Source: Promethearchaeota archaeon (GTDB lineage: Archaea; Asgardarchaeota; Lokiarchaeia; Sigyniarchaeales; SOKP01). Taken from it: 64,000 nt of DNA. The notes below the pieces were generated by a model. It did no database searches. It saw only the letters and a list, made by a program, of their open reading frames with translations, and was not told where the DNA came from. The stretch spans positions 354,184 through 418,183 of the forward strand of contig JAHPZA010000004.1 in the NCBI GenBank assembly GCA_019058445.1, written 5' to 3'. The translations under genes were made by a program, and so were the position numbers. Positions within the stretch are counted from its first letter, which is position 1. Each line of letters starts with the position of its first letter. Positions 22,106 to 32,467 of this stretch are shown one piece after another.

Positions 22106-23385
22106 CTTTTTCCCCATTTCTCAAGAGCTCTCCTCAGTTCAGAATTTGTCTTCGCCTTTTGCTCCAAAGTTGATCCTTCTAAAATGGCTTCAACTGCTTG
22201 TCTGATAGCTTTAGCTCCTGATAAAGTCCCATCGGGATGACCATGACAACCCCCACCAAATTGGTAAACCATATCTATTCCTAATTTTTGGATGAGTTCA
22301 GGAACATGGAGAGGACTTAATCCACCAGAGGCAACAGGCAGGACTGGTTTAATGTTGCCCCAATCTTGATCAAGTAAGGTTATATTGTTGCCTTGAATTT
22401 TATTTTTAGTAATGACTCTATTTATTTCAAGCACTTCCTGTTCTCCACCTTCCATTTTCCCTATAATAGTTCCTGTATGGAGTTGATCCATTCCTAATAG
22501 CCTCATAATTTTCCCGAGAACCAACATTGTCATCCCATGCTTTTTGTTTCGAGTAATTGCTGCATGCATCGCTCTATGAGCATGGATAATAATATTTTTA
22601 CCCTCAAGATAATCTCTTATTTCTTGAAGTGCAGAAAAACCAACCGTTAAAATATCTAACATAATATATTCACCCCCATGACTAATTACAAAGTCAGCTC
22701 TTTTTTTCATAGTACTCACAGGAGCAGTTATGTTGGGCATGTAGATTTTCTTCTCACCAGTTTCACTTTCTATTTTATCTCTTATTTTTAAAGTTTCTTT
22801 GATCCTCTTTTCAAATCTATTAAATTTCATGCTAGTTAAGTTTTCATCATCTTTTACTACGTCTAAACCTCCAATCCAAGCCTCTCCACATACTTTTGCG
22901 TGTTCTATCTCATTCAAACCAACTTTAGGTTTGACAATCGTTCCTAAGAGGGGTCTTTTTTCTATTTTTGTGAGTTTTCTAATTCCTTCAATTCCAAATT
23001 TTGGTCCGGGATAAGCGCTAACAATATCTCGAGGAAATGTAATGTCAAGTAATCTTAGATTTTTAAGAGCTTTCATTCCATAAATGTTTCCTGCAATCGC
23101 ACTTAGAATTTGAGACATATTTTCCGCTTCGAATAAATCTTGCGTATATGCGATCTTAACTATATGATGATCTTCATCAATATAATAAGCAGAGGGCCTT
23201 AACTTTTCTGCTATTTCTTTTGACATAGTTATTATATCTGTCCATGTTCCTATTGAGCTTTCTTTAGCAATTTCTTCACATGCTTGTTCAAGACTAGGAC
23301 ATTCTTCTGGAGTCCTCTCAACATAATACATCGCAATTAAGTCCTTATCATTTGGGGAATAATTTTTATCTACATAATGTATCAT
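22102..23385 (-). CDS. rbcL: RuBisCO large subunit, form III (archaeal)
   Basis: ESSIGTW, GTIVKPK, KDDE, HAHRAMH, GKMEG, SGG and GGG.HGHP motifs. Confidence 0.95.
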   Translation of the reverse strand: MIHYVDKNYSPNDKDLIAMYYVERTPEECPSLEQACEEIAKESSIGTWTDIITMSKEIAEKLRPSAYYIDEDHHIVKIAYTQDLFEAENMSQILSAIAGNIYGMKALKNLRLLDITFPRDIVSAYPGPKFGIEGIRKLTKIEKRPLLGTIVKPKVGLNEIEHAKVCGEAWIGGLDVVKDDENLTSMKFNRFEKRIKETLKIRDKIESETGEKKIYMPNITAPVSTMKKRADFVISHGGEYIMLDILTVGFSALQEIRDYLEGKNIIIHAHRAMHAAITRNKKHGMTMLVLGKIMRLLGMDQLHTGTIIGKMEGGEQEVLEINRVITKNKIQGNNITLLDQDWGNIKPVLPVASGGLSPLHVPELIQKLGIDMVYQFGGGCHGHPDGTLSGAKAIRQAVEAILEGSTLEQKAKTNSELRRALEKWGKS

Positions 23386-23504
23386 TTTATATCGCTCGAT
23401 CTACTAATAATCAGTAAGTAAATTTTGCTACTTATAATTCTAAATAGTTTTGAAACCATAAAAAATTTATAGCATATTTAATTATCAAAAAGAGTGGTTA
23501 TATA

Positions 23505-23813
23505 ATGAGTGAATTAACAAAACAGATCTTTTTAGATATTAAGGATTTAAGTTTCAAGAGTGAACAACTAGTTGTTGATTTATTGAGATATTTAACTGAG
23601 GCTTTACCACAGATAGATATAAACCGCGAAGGTTTTGATGTTGATATAACCGTGCCAAAAAAGCTATCAAAAAGAGCAATTAAGCTCCGGATTAAAAAAT
23701 TTTTACATAAAAAAGGAATTAATAACGATTATAGACCCATTTCGCTAAAAGATGTTGATAAGGATGGGTATAGGATTAAGGAAAAAAGGATGGTAGAGTT
23801 AAGTTATTATTAA
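23505..23813 (+). CDS. rpl22e: Ribosomal protein eL22-like
   Basis: LSKRAIKLRIKKFLHKKG..DYR resembles eukaryotic eL22 (SKRYLKYLTKKYLKK); size fits. Confidence 0.7.
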   Translation: MSELTKQIFLDIKDLSFKSEQLVVDLLRYLTEALPQIDINREGFDVDITVPKKLSKRAIKLRIKKFLHKKGINNDYRPISLKDVDKDGYRIKEKRMVELSYY

Positions 23814-23874
23814 TTTTTTAAAAAGAGTGCTTTCCTTAATAATAATTAAATAATTTAATAATTTAATTTTAAAC

Positions 23875-24846
23875 GTGTCTTTTAAAGAAAATCTCATTTT
23901 GCACATCAAGTCTATTGATGACTTGATGCGATGCATAACTTTAGCCAGTTCATTAGAACTATCTGGATGGCCCAAACCGGGTAATGTACATAGAACAAAA
24001 GATTTTGAAAGCACGAGATTTGAGCATTTTTTAGCAGGAATCGCTTCAATTCAACCTAACTTTAGGGATTTGTGTCAAAGAGTCTATAGAAATTCGAAAA
24101 CTACGAGAGAAAACTATAACTATATTAATCTAGGGATTTTTTTTAAAGAAGCCTCTAAAGAAATGATGAAATGGCAGAAAGGAGGAAATGTTTTATTAGG
24201 GCATATCTTAATTTTAGGGCCTCTGGCAGCTGCCGCAGCTATTTCTTTAAAAACAGAAAAGATGACCTTTGACGAGTTTAAAGCGAATTTAAATAAAATA
24301 ATTGAAGACTCTACAGTTGAAGATACTATCGATTTATATAAGGCTATTAGAATATCTAATCCAGGGGGCCTTGGAAGAATAGATAAATATGATGTATATA
24401 ATGAAAATTCAGTAATACATATAAAAGAAGAAAAAATTAATCTTAAGAAAATATTTACCTTTTCTAAAGAGTACGATTCAATTAGCCTTGAGTACTCACA
24501 GGGATTTAAAATTATCTTGGAAGAAGGATTGCCCTACTTTTTTGAGAGATTTGACTCAACGAAAGATATTAATACGGCAACAGTAGATACATTTCTTAAA
24601 ATTCTTTCTGATTATCCTGATACATTAATAATAAGAAAATCAGGGTTATCTAGCGCATTAAATGTTTCTAAGGAAGCTTCAGAAATTTTAAAATTGGGGG
24701 GTATCTCATCTGACGCGGGATATAATTTGATTAAGCAATTAGATCTTAAATTGCATGAACAAAAGGGCAAACTGAATCCGGGAACTACGGCAGATCTCTT
24801 AGCAGGAATAATATTTTGTGCTCTCTTATTTGGATTAAGTTTTTAA
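23875..24846 (+). CDS. CitG/triphosphoribosyl-dephospho-CoA synthase family protein
   Basis: PKPGNVHR, PDTLIIRK and NPGTTADL motifs. Confidence 0.85.
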   Translation: MSFKENLILHIKSIDDLMRCITLASSLELSGWPKPGNVHRTKDFESTRFEHFLAGIASIQPNFRDLCQRVYRNSKTTRENYNYINLGIFFKEASKEMMKWQKGGNVLLGHILILGPLAAAAAISLKTEKMTFDEFKANLNKIIEDSTVEDTIDLYKAIRISNPGGLGRIDKYDVYNENSVIHIKEEKINLKKIFTFSKEYDSISLEYSQGFKIILEEGLPYFFERFDSTKDINTATVDTFLKILSDYPDTLIIRKSGLSSALNVSKEASEILKLGGISSDAGYNLIKQLDLKLHEQKGKLNPGTTADLLAGIIFCALLFGLSF

Positions 24847-24930
24847 ATTATTATCAAAAGTTTTTTGTAGGAAGATATCCTTTTTTTCATAATAGAGACA
24901 AATTTAGACATATCTGGAGTTTGAAAAGCA

Positions 24931-25284
24931 ATGGTGGAATTTTGTGATGAATGCGGAGGAATGATGCTTCCCTCTAAGAAAGATGGTATTAAAATCTTTA
25001 AATGTAAATGTGGAGCGATTAAACCGTTTACTGAAGAGCAAAAGGACTCATATAAGCTGAAAACAAAAATAGAACATTCAATTCGAGATGAAGTTACAAA
25101 CCTTTCAGATGTGATGAATTGGAAAGAGAAAAATTTAAAAAGCACTATTAAAAATTTTAAATGCCCAAATTGCGGATATAACAAGGCACATTTAGAGACG
25201 AGACAAACGAGAAGGGCTGATGAGGGTATGACTCATTTTATTATATGTTTGAAATGTGGACGTCATATTAAGATTGGTAGTTAG
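24931..25284 (+). CDS. tfs: Transcription cleavage factor TFS (RpoM/TFIIS-like)
   Basis: N-terminal FCDECG..M.P and C-terminal CPNC..QTRRADEG..C..CG. Confidence 0.9.
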   Translation: MVEFCDECGGMMLPSKKDGIKIFKCKCGAIKPFTEEQKDSYKLKTKIEHSIRDEVTNLSDVMNWKEKNLKSTIKNFKCPNCGYNKAHLETRQTRRADEGMTHFIICLKCGRHIKIGS

Positions 25285-25293
25285 CTAAAATAA

Positions 25294-25590
25294 TCAAGTG
25301 GTCAATTTTTTCATAATCTCCTCTACATGAGTTTTCCTATTAAAATTCAGCTTAATTATTTTATTATTACTTTTTAGACCTGATACAATTTGGACTTGAT
25401 TTGATGCAATATTAAATTTCTTTCTTAATATATTAATTAATTCTTTATTTGCCTTGTTTTTAGTGGGTTTTGAGAGAAGATGCATAGTGAGAAATTTCCC
25501 ATCCTCTTCAATAGTAACCTTTTTAGAATTTGGTTTCACATTAATATGAAGGAAATAAGTATCATTCGTTTGTTTTTCAATAAAAGTCAT
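25294..25590 (-). CDS. DUF167 (UPF0235) protein
   Basis: VKPNS, KANKELI and IVSG.KS..K motifs. Confidence 0.85.
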   Translation of the reverse strand: MTFIEKQTNDTYFLHINVKPNSKKVTIEEDGKFLTMHLLSKPTKNKANKELINILRKKFNIASNQVQIVSGLKSNNKIIKLNFNRKTHVEEIMKKLTT

Positions 25591-25631
25591 TTTCTTGATT
25601 AATTTACTATAAAACTGAATTTAATTAGAAT

Positions 25632-27011
25632 TTAGAGATAATCTGAAATATTTTTTTTTAATCGGTTAAAAGATGGTTTGGATAAGCGAAGTCCACCCGC
25701 TAGTTTATGTCCTCCTCCCATACCGCCTAAATCTTCTTTAATCCTTTGTATTATCATGTTTACTCCATTACCTTCATGCTCAGCTAAATATTTCCTTGTA
25801 CATCTAATACTTAATTTTATAGTATGGTTCTTATGCTCCTCATCGCCTAAAAATAAGATTTTATAAGGATCAAGAAGTTCATTTACCATACTAAAACTGG
25901 CGGTGTCTGACCAATTAGACGCAGGAATACTTTTACCAGCTTCAATAAAAATAGCATTATTTGTCTCGTAACGAGGTAATTTCACTAATGTTCTTAAATT
26001 TTTGACTAAATTAAAAATATACTCGTAATATATTCCCTTTGCATAAAAAGTAGTTGATTTTCGCTGAATAATTGACACCGCAGCATTAATATTTTTAAAG
26101 CATAGGATATTTAATAAAAGAGCGTGTTCAAAAGCAAATTTGAGTATTCCTTGTTTCTGGGGTAAAATTGCATAATGTCCATAACTATTGAAATTTCCCT
26201 CATCTTGAATTTTTTGAATTTCCGTAGGGGTTAAATCAACAATCTTTTTATTAGGATTTATTTCTAGAGTTTTTAAGAAGGGTTTGATGGTATCGTCTTC
26301 TTCACCACCTAATCCTTTAATAAAAGGAAGTATTGAATATTTCAAACCATTTTTTATTGACTCATACATACTTCCAAATAAGATCAATCCTTTTTTATCT
26401 TCAATAAGTTCTTCACTTATTAACTCCTCATAAACTTCTTTATTAAATGATTGGAGTTTGTCTGTTGATCTTAAGGTATCACCCGCAATCCCTATAATTG
26501 TCAACCACCCTAATTTTCTCACTGGAATAGGTTTGATTTTTTTCGCAAACATATATGCTAAAGTTGAGCCTGCTATATGATCCAACCCATCATATCCTGC
26601 AGTAGTAGGATTTACGAAGAATAAATTATCTGGAACACTTATTTTGTTAATATCTACATCTACTTCATGATGATCTAAAATATAAAAATGTTCCCTTCTC
26701 TGTTTTATAATAGGTATTAATTCTGTGAGATTAGAGCCAACATCAGTAAAAATCAAGGCTGTTTTATTGGTTTGATTTTTAGATAATATTCCCTCTAAAT
26801 AATTTGCCCAAGAAACAGATCGATTATAAATAAAATAGTCATATGAAAGATTCATCCTATATAGTAAATTTTGAATAATATGCAGGGCACTAATTCCATC
26901 CGCATCATTATGGGAAATGGCTATTACTTTATCGTATTTATAATCAATAAACTGATCAATTGCATTATTAAGGGCTTCTAAAAATCTACTTCGATTAGGA
27001 ATTTCAGTCAT
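25632..27011 (-). CDS. DHH/DHHA1 phosphoesterase, RecJ/GAN(Cdc45)-like
   Basis: SHNDADG, FTDVGS, LDHH and GGGHKLAGG motifs. Confidence 0.85.
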   Translation of the reverse strand: MTEIPNRSRFLEALNNAIDQFIDYKYDKVIAISHNDADGISALHIIQNLLYRMNLSYDYFIYNRSVSWANYLEGILSKNQTNKTALIFTDVGSNLTELIPIIKQRREHFYILDHHEVDVDINKISVPDNLFFVNPTTAGYDGLDHIAGSTLAYMFAKKIKPIPVRKLGWLTIIGIAGDTLRSTDKLQSFNKEVYEELISEELIEDKKGLILFGSMYESIKNGLKYSILPFIKGLGGEEDDTIKPFLKTLEINPNKKIVDLTPTEIQKIQDEGNFNSYGHYAILPQKQGILKFAFEHALLLNILCFKNINAAVSIIQRKSTTFYAKGIYYEYIFNLVKNLRTLVKLPRYETNNAIFIEAGKSIPASNWSDTASFSMVNELLDPYKILFLGDEEHKNHTIKLSIRCTRKYLAEHEGNGVNMIIQRIKEDLGGMGGGHKLAGGLRLSKPSFNRLKKNISDYL

Positions 27012-27273
27012 TCATCTCAATTAGTATTTTAAATAAAAAACGAATAATCTTATATATATAATTGTTTAGGAGAAATAAATTTATATTCTTACTTTTCTTT
27101 AATTTTTTATTTAAAAAATTGTCAAAAAACCTACTTATAAACCTAATAATTATTGAGTTATTTTCCTAAAAATAATAAAATACAAAAATAAATTAATAAA
27201 AATTAAAATCTTAAGAAAAATTATTTAATGTTACTTAATTTTGTGTTCTAACTGAGAATAAATAAAGATATAT

Positions 27274-29031
27274 ATGATGTTACCGTTGCGTAAGAGTAGA
27301 ACATCTCTGAGGAAACTCTTATTTATATTTATATTACTAAATATATTCATCCCAGTATTATTTAATAGTTTAAACAATACAACTTCTCCTAACTTTACAA
27401 GTTACACTTCTAATGATAATATGAGTGTTCCTAAGACGCAAGCGTTTTCAAAAGATGAGTACGAACCTATCCTTGAGGAAGAAAAGCAAGCTCTTGGCGA
27501 TATCAACATCACAGATTTAGATTTTAGTGAAATAGGAATAAATCTTTCAAAAAGTATGGATAATAAGTACAAAGATGATTTATTATCTGGAGCAATTGAT
27601 ATGATTTATAGAGGAACTCAGTTTTCAAACACTATCAGATTAGCTCAAGTTGATAATATAAATGAAAGCATTACAGATTATAAAAAAATAACAGTTTTAA
27701 TAAACGAATCAATAAGCGTAGCATATGATAACTCAATTCAAAGCTTAGAAGGATATTTATTTTATGCACCACGATTAAACCCCTTCTTAAGTGCTGAATT
27801 ATGGGTTGAAAATGATACAGGAGGTTCAGGAGACAGGATTCAGCTAAAGCAGGTAAATGTGGGAAACTTTTCAATTCAAACCATTGATAAAATCAACTTT
27901 GTAAGATTTAAATATAAGGAGTATTTTAAATATAACGCTCTCAACTTTACCTTACATCTTCTCTGGCAATATAATTTCACAATTCAAAATTGGAAATTAA
28001 CACAAGAAATTGACCAAGAATTATTTTTGGATGATGAAGAAGATAATATTATACGTCCTAATTTTAATTATGAGTTTAAAATAATTGGGAATAAATATAA
28101 TCGATATGCTAATGAAACTATTTTAGCAGATAATTTAGAAGTTAATCTCACGATAAATCTTCCAGATAAACGATTATTAGGGAACATAAAATTCAAAATA
28201 AATTCTAAAAATCAAAATAATTTTTTAGCAACAGAGAATTCCATAGTTACTCGTGGGCAACTCGTTAAAGTAAACGGAAGTCTAATCGAAATAGCCTTTT
28301 ATGCGAGCTATAGAATATTATTTGTTGACCCTGTGAAAGATACATGGGGTATAGATAGACTTGTGGAAGATACCGATATAAGAGAAAGAATTTATTTTCC
28401 GTATATCTCTTCAGGTCCCGCACGAATATATATCAAATATGTGAATGTTATAGATAAGACCGTTTCATTTGAACAAGTCATAAGTACTAGTTCTTTATTT
28501 GGGAGGTCTATCTTATATGATGAGGTAAACGTTACACAATTTGAAGAGGATATAAAAAATAGCTTGATCTTTAATGCAAATGCTACGAAAAAGGCGGGAA
28601 TCAAAATCACCTTGCCCTATTTAATTAAGGGGGAAATCTGCCCATTTACTATAAAATATGAAACAGAATTAGATTTGCATATAAAAATTACGGATAATAT
28701 TCGGATGCCTGTTTCTGGTTTAGATGTTAAAATTTACTATTACGGAGAATTATATGGAACATATATATCAAATGAGAAGAGCCAACCAATCGGGAAAACA
28801 ATTACAGATGAGAACGGCGAAATAATGGTTAAAGATGTCCCCAATGGAAATTATACAATTAAGGTATATCAAGGTGAAACTTTAATAAAGGAAGCTGAAG
28901 TGAGCGCCTACATAGAATTAAATTATGTGATTACTCCAATTTTTCATATTCCTTTTGTAGTTATGATTTTAGGGTCGATGTACGGATTAATTTTTAGTAT
29001 TGGGTATTATATTTTTCGTAAAAAAAAATAA
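27274..29031 (+). CDS. Membrane-anchored extracellular beta-rich protein (C-terminal carboxypeptidase-regulatory-like domain)
   Basis: N-terminal TM/signal, many NxS/T sequons, TDENGEI...PNGNYTIKV, C-terminal TM plus basic tail. Confidence 0.7.
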   Translation: MMLPLRKSRTSLRKLLFIFILLNIFIPVLFNSLNNTTSPNFTSYTSNDNMSVPKTQAFSKDEYEPILEEEKQALGDINITDLDFSEIGINLSKSMDNKYKDDLLSGAIDMIYRGTQFSNTIRLAQVDNINESITDYKKITVLINESISVAYDNSIQSLEGYLFYAPRLNPFLSAELWVENDTGGSGDRIQLKQVNVGNFSIQTIDKINFVRFKYKEYFKYNALNFTLHLLWQYNFTIQNWKLTQEIDQELFLDDEEDNIIRPNFNYEFKIIGNKYNRYANETILADNLEVNLTINLPDKRLLGNIKFKINSKNQNNFLATENSIVTRGQLVKVNGSLIEIAFYASYRILFVDPVKDTWGIDRLVEDTDIRERIYFPYISSGPARIYIKYVNVIDKTVSFEQVISTSSLFGRSILYDEVNVTQFEEDIKNSLIFNANATKKAGIKITLPYLIKGEICPFTIKYETELDLHIKITDNIRMPVSGLDVKIYYYGELYGTYISNEKSQPIGKTITDENGEIMVKDVPNGNYTIKVYQGETLIKEAEVSAYIELNYVITPIFHIPFVVMILGSMYGLIFSIGYYIFRKKK

Positions 29032-29046
29032 AGCGAACAAATAGAA

Positions 29047-29382
29047 TTGATAGTCATATTCGTAGACAATATTGAAGATTTTATCTCATTCTTAAATAAG
29101 CGGGTTATGAATGAAGTATTTTATGAGATAAAACGATCAAAATCGAAAGACGATCTTTCCAGTGATGTTAAAATTGAGTTAATTTTACATTTTCTTTCGA
29201 AAGTAGAAGAGTTCATGGTACTTTTCGAAACAAAAGTCGAAATCTCTAAATCAAGGGATCCAACTTCAAAGGAACCTCAAGAAATCATTGATGAGTTACA
29301 AAAAATTATCAATCAAGTAGATTCATCAATAAGCTTAATTAAGGGAAAAATAAGGGAGATTTATCTTTCATTCTCAACATAA
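29047..29382 (+). CDS. Hypothetical protein
   Basis: 111-aa ORF co-oriented with the previous gene. Confidence 0.6.
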   Translation: MIVIFVDNIEDFISFLNKRVMNEVFYEIKRSKSKDDLSSDVKIELILHFLSKVEEFMVLFETKVEISKSRDPTSKEPQEIIDELQKIINQVDSSISLIKGKIREIYLSFST

Positions 29383-29455
29383 ACGATATCTTTTATTATT
29401 GCTTTAGATCATATTAGAAATTAGAAATTAAATTGTAATTATAATATTATTACTT

Positions 29456-31059
29456 CTATTGATTGTGATTTAGGTTTACACCATACCCAATCAATCTATA
29501 TCTTCTATTGATAATTCTAGAAATAGCAAATATAAAATTTTCAGCAGGACAGATTGGGGGATTTAATTTAATAACAACACTATCTTTTAATAATTTGGTA
29601 ACCACTCCTCCAGTTTTTTCGGTACCCACAACTAACAATAATTTTTCATTATGTTTAAGCGCATGGACTTTAATCATATTTTCTGAACCTATTACCCTGT
29701 CTAATAGGTGGACTTTCAATTCAATTTCTGAAAGGATTTCCGGTAAATTTCCCGGTTTTCCAACTAAATGTCCAATTAAGGAGTCTCCCTTAGTAAGCGC
29801 AGGATCTAATTTTGTGCCAAGACCTATAAGACCCCCAGGTTTAGCTTCTTCTAAAAGATTATTACCTTGACTAATGCTTACAACAGTAGTTTTTATGGGA
29901 ATATATTCATCCTTTATATGCAATCCTGGTCGAATTTCAATTTGATCACCTACTTTAATTTCTCCCTTTAATACTGATCCACCAATTACCCCTCCTTTAA
30001 GTTCCTCAATATCTTTCCCGGGTCTATTGATATCAAATGAACGGGCGATCAAGAATTGGAATTCCTCTTCTTTACTCAGCTCTGGAGAAGGTATTATCAG
30101 TTCAAATGCTTCAACCACAGCATCGATATTTGATCCAAAAACAGCAGAGGTGGGAATAATAGGTGCATTTTCGGCTACAGTCCCCCTTACAAATTTTCTA
30201 ATTTGATTGTAATTCTCCAAAACTCGTTCTCTTGAAACAGCATCAATTTTATTTTGGATAATAATAATGTTTTTTATTCCAGCTATATTTAAAGCTGCTA
30301 AATGCTCTCTTGTTTGAGGTTGGGGACAAATTTCATCTGCGGCAATCAATAGACACGCCCCATCCATTAGCGAAGCGCCACTTAGCATAGTTGCCATCAA
30401 TATTTCATGCCCAGGAGCATCTACAAAAGAAATATTTCTCTTAAATTCCAATTGCCCTTTACAATCGGGACAGGAAAATCTGGGTTCACCCTTTTTTCTT
30501 TCTTTTTCGGCCATATATGCAGTTAAATAAGAATCACAAGAAGGGCAATAGAGAATAGTAGCATTTGAATAACCCAATTTTATTGAGATTCCCCGTTCTT
30601 GTTCTTCTGAGTGCCTATCAGTCCAGTCCCCTGTTAAAGATTGAACCAACGTGGTTTTTATGGGAAATGCCGAAACGACATTATCATACCATGGTCAACA
30701 TGACCGACTAGACCGATATTGCATTCAGCTTGCCTTTTTATAAGGTCCTTAAGATTAGTGGCCTCCTTAGAGGGTTTTCTTTTTACTGATTTTTCCTCTT
30801 TCGTGATTGCATCTGCTTTTTTTGGCTCTTTTTTTTGAGTTTTGTCTTTACCTTCTTTATGTTCTAATTCTTTATGTAATTTTTTAGCGCTATTAATGTA
30901 TTTTTCTGCGGTAGCCTTTCCGATACCTTTAATTTTTAACTTTACTAAATCTTCGGGCTTCAATGAAGCTAATTTTTGAACCGTATCTATTCCAGCCGCT
31001 TTCATTCTTTCAGCAGTTGCTTTTCCAATGCCACTAACATTTTCCAAGCGATCTTCCAT
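29456..31059 (-). CDS. eif2g: Translation initiation factor aIF2-gamma with N-terminal (HhH)2 extension; spliced CDS = complement join(30687..31059, 29456..30657), 524 aa
   Basis: Exon 1 ends QAECNIGLVGHVDHG; exon 2 continues KTTLVQSLTGDWTDRHSEEQERGISIKLGY, DAPGHE, QPQTREH, QNKID, RSFDINRPG, RLIGYG; 373+1202=1575 nt in frame. Confidence 0.9.
30658..30686 (-). other. 29-nt BHB/BHL-type mRNA intron in the aIF2-gamma P-loop
   Basis: Central helix AUGG/CCAU, bulges UA^U and AA^A, intron hairpin GA(U)AAUGUCG-UUU-CGGCAUUUC; removal gives GGU AAA ACC ACG (GKTT). Confidence 0.85.
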
Positions 31060-31191
31060 AATATTTTATTATACGTTATTATAAATAATTTTTATTGAAA
31101 ACCATATTGTCAAAATCTATCTATATTCAAAATGGAAAAGAATTCAAAGAAAAATATATAAAATTTACCTTCAAAATCATACTATAATATT

Positions 31192-31440
31192 CTAAATTTC
31201 AATGTCCCAATCATCGGATAATTGCTTAACTGTATTTCTACCCACATTATACTTTTCGCCTAATTTTATGAGAAAATTTTCCTTAACTAAAGTTTGCAAA
31301 TTTTCTCTGCTTCCTATCTTACGTTTTAACTTTTCTTTTGCTGAATACAAACTAACATTTATTTACTTTTCGTCTATAAGAGCTTCATGGGCCTTTTATC
31401 CTGTTTTCAATTTCATTATTGCCTTATCTCTACCATAAGT
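31192..31440 (-). pseudogene. Relic of an HTH-containing (possibly homing-endonuclease-like) gene
   Basis: One frame reads YGRDKAIMKLKTG*KAHEALIDEK*INVSLYSAKEKLKRK...KLGEKYNVGRNTVKQLSDDWDIEI*, with an HTH-like C-terminus. Confidence 0.4.
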
Positions 31441-31569
31441 TTTGATTACCGAACTCAAAAAAATTAATATAATTATTATGTAATAATCATTAATTATAAT
31501 TGGATGATTTAAATTATAGCTCTTATAATGTAAAAAAAGTAGTATTACAAAAATAATGGTGTTTATTAA

Positions 31570-32268
31570 ATGGCAAAGAAAAAGGATGCAAAAGAGAAAA
31601 ATAAGTATAACGAGCTCTATGATATTGGTCTAACGGATTCAGTACTTAAAAGATTAAAACAGTTCAAGAAAATTATTGATATAGGTAGAGAACTATTTGG
31701 TTCACGAGGCTCATACGGATTTAGTACACATGAATTAGCAAAACAATTACATATGTCACAAGGGAATATATACAATTATGTAGAGAGTAAGAGAGAATTA
31801 TGGTTAGCGATAAGGAAACAAGATTATAAAGAATATAAAAATGAAATCAAAAGTATGATAGACAACCATGAAGGTTCTTATATTTCACTTTTTAGAAAGT
31901 TGGCAGTCTTTTTTCTTGACTTTGCCAAAAACGAGCGCCATAAATTTCAAATGATGTATTTAATACCTGTCCCTCCTTCTAAAAAACTTGGAAAAATAGA
32001 AATAAATTATGAAGCACATTATCCACAATATCTCTTAAAGGAAGTCATAGAGAAAGCAATCGAAGCAAAAGAAATAATCGATGTTGATAGTACTAAACTC
32101 TCATGTTTATTGTTTGCTATGATGTATGGCATCGCAGCAGCAGAAACAGGACTTAGCTTAAAAAATCCTATTCAAGAACCTTTATTTGCTCCTGAAGATG
32201 CAATTAATCCCCAAGAATTTAGAGAATTTTCCTTAGATTTTATATTTGATATTATCAAAAGGAAATAA
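31570..32268 (+). CDS. TetR/AcrR family regulator
   Basis: FSTHELAKQLHMSQGNIYNYVESKRELW HTH. Confidence 0.88.
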   Translation: MAKKKDAKEKNKYNELYDIGLTDSVLKRLKQFKKIIDIGRELFGSRGSYGFSTHELAKQLHMSQGNIYNYVESKRELWLAIRKQDYKEYKNEIKSMIDNHEGSYISLFRKLAVFFLDFAKNERHKFQMMYLIPVPPSKKLGKIEINYEAHYPQYLLKEVIEKAIEAKEIIDVDSTKLSCLLFAMMYGIAAAETGLSLKNPIQEPLFAPEDAINPQEFREFSLDFIFDIIKRK

Positions 32269-32467
32269 CTGCTTTATTTATTTCTTTAAATTATTCTTAA
32301 GAATACTTAAATTTACCATATAAAAATAAAAACTACTACTCATTTTTAAACTACTTTAGGACAGTAATATTTAAATATGAAGTCACTGATTAGTAATTAT
32401 TTTATCATAATTATTAATTATTAGGAAATAATTAAAAATTGATATAAAAATCAGAAAAAATCTTGGT

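Noticed and set aside
30658-30690. -1 frameshift (U UUC CCA) or a spliceosomal GT..AG intron as the explanation for split aIF2-gamma
   Set aside because: A frameshift would leave 10 extra residues inside the P-loop. The GTATGA start has no matching AG and would give Val instead of Gly. Only BHB geometry restores GKT.
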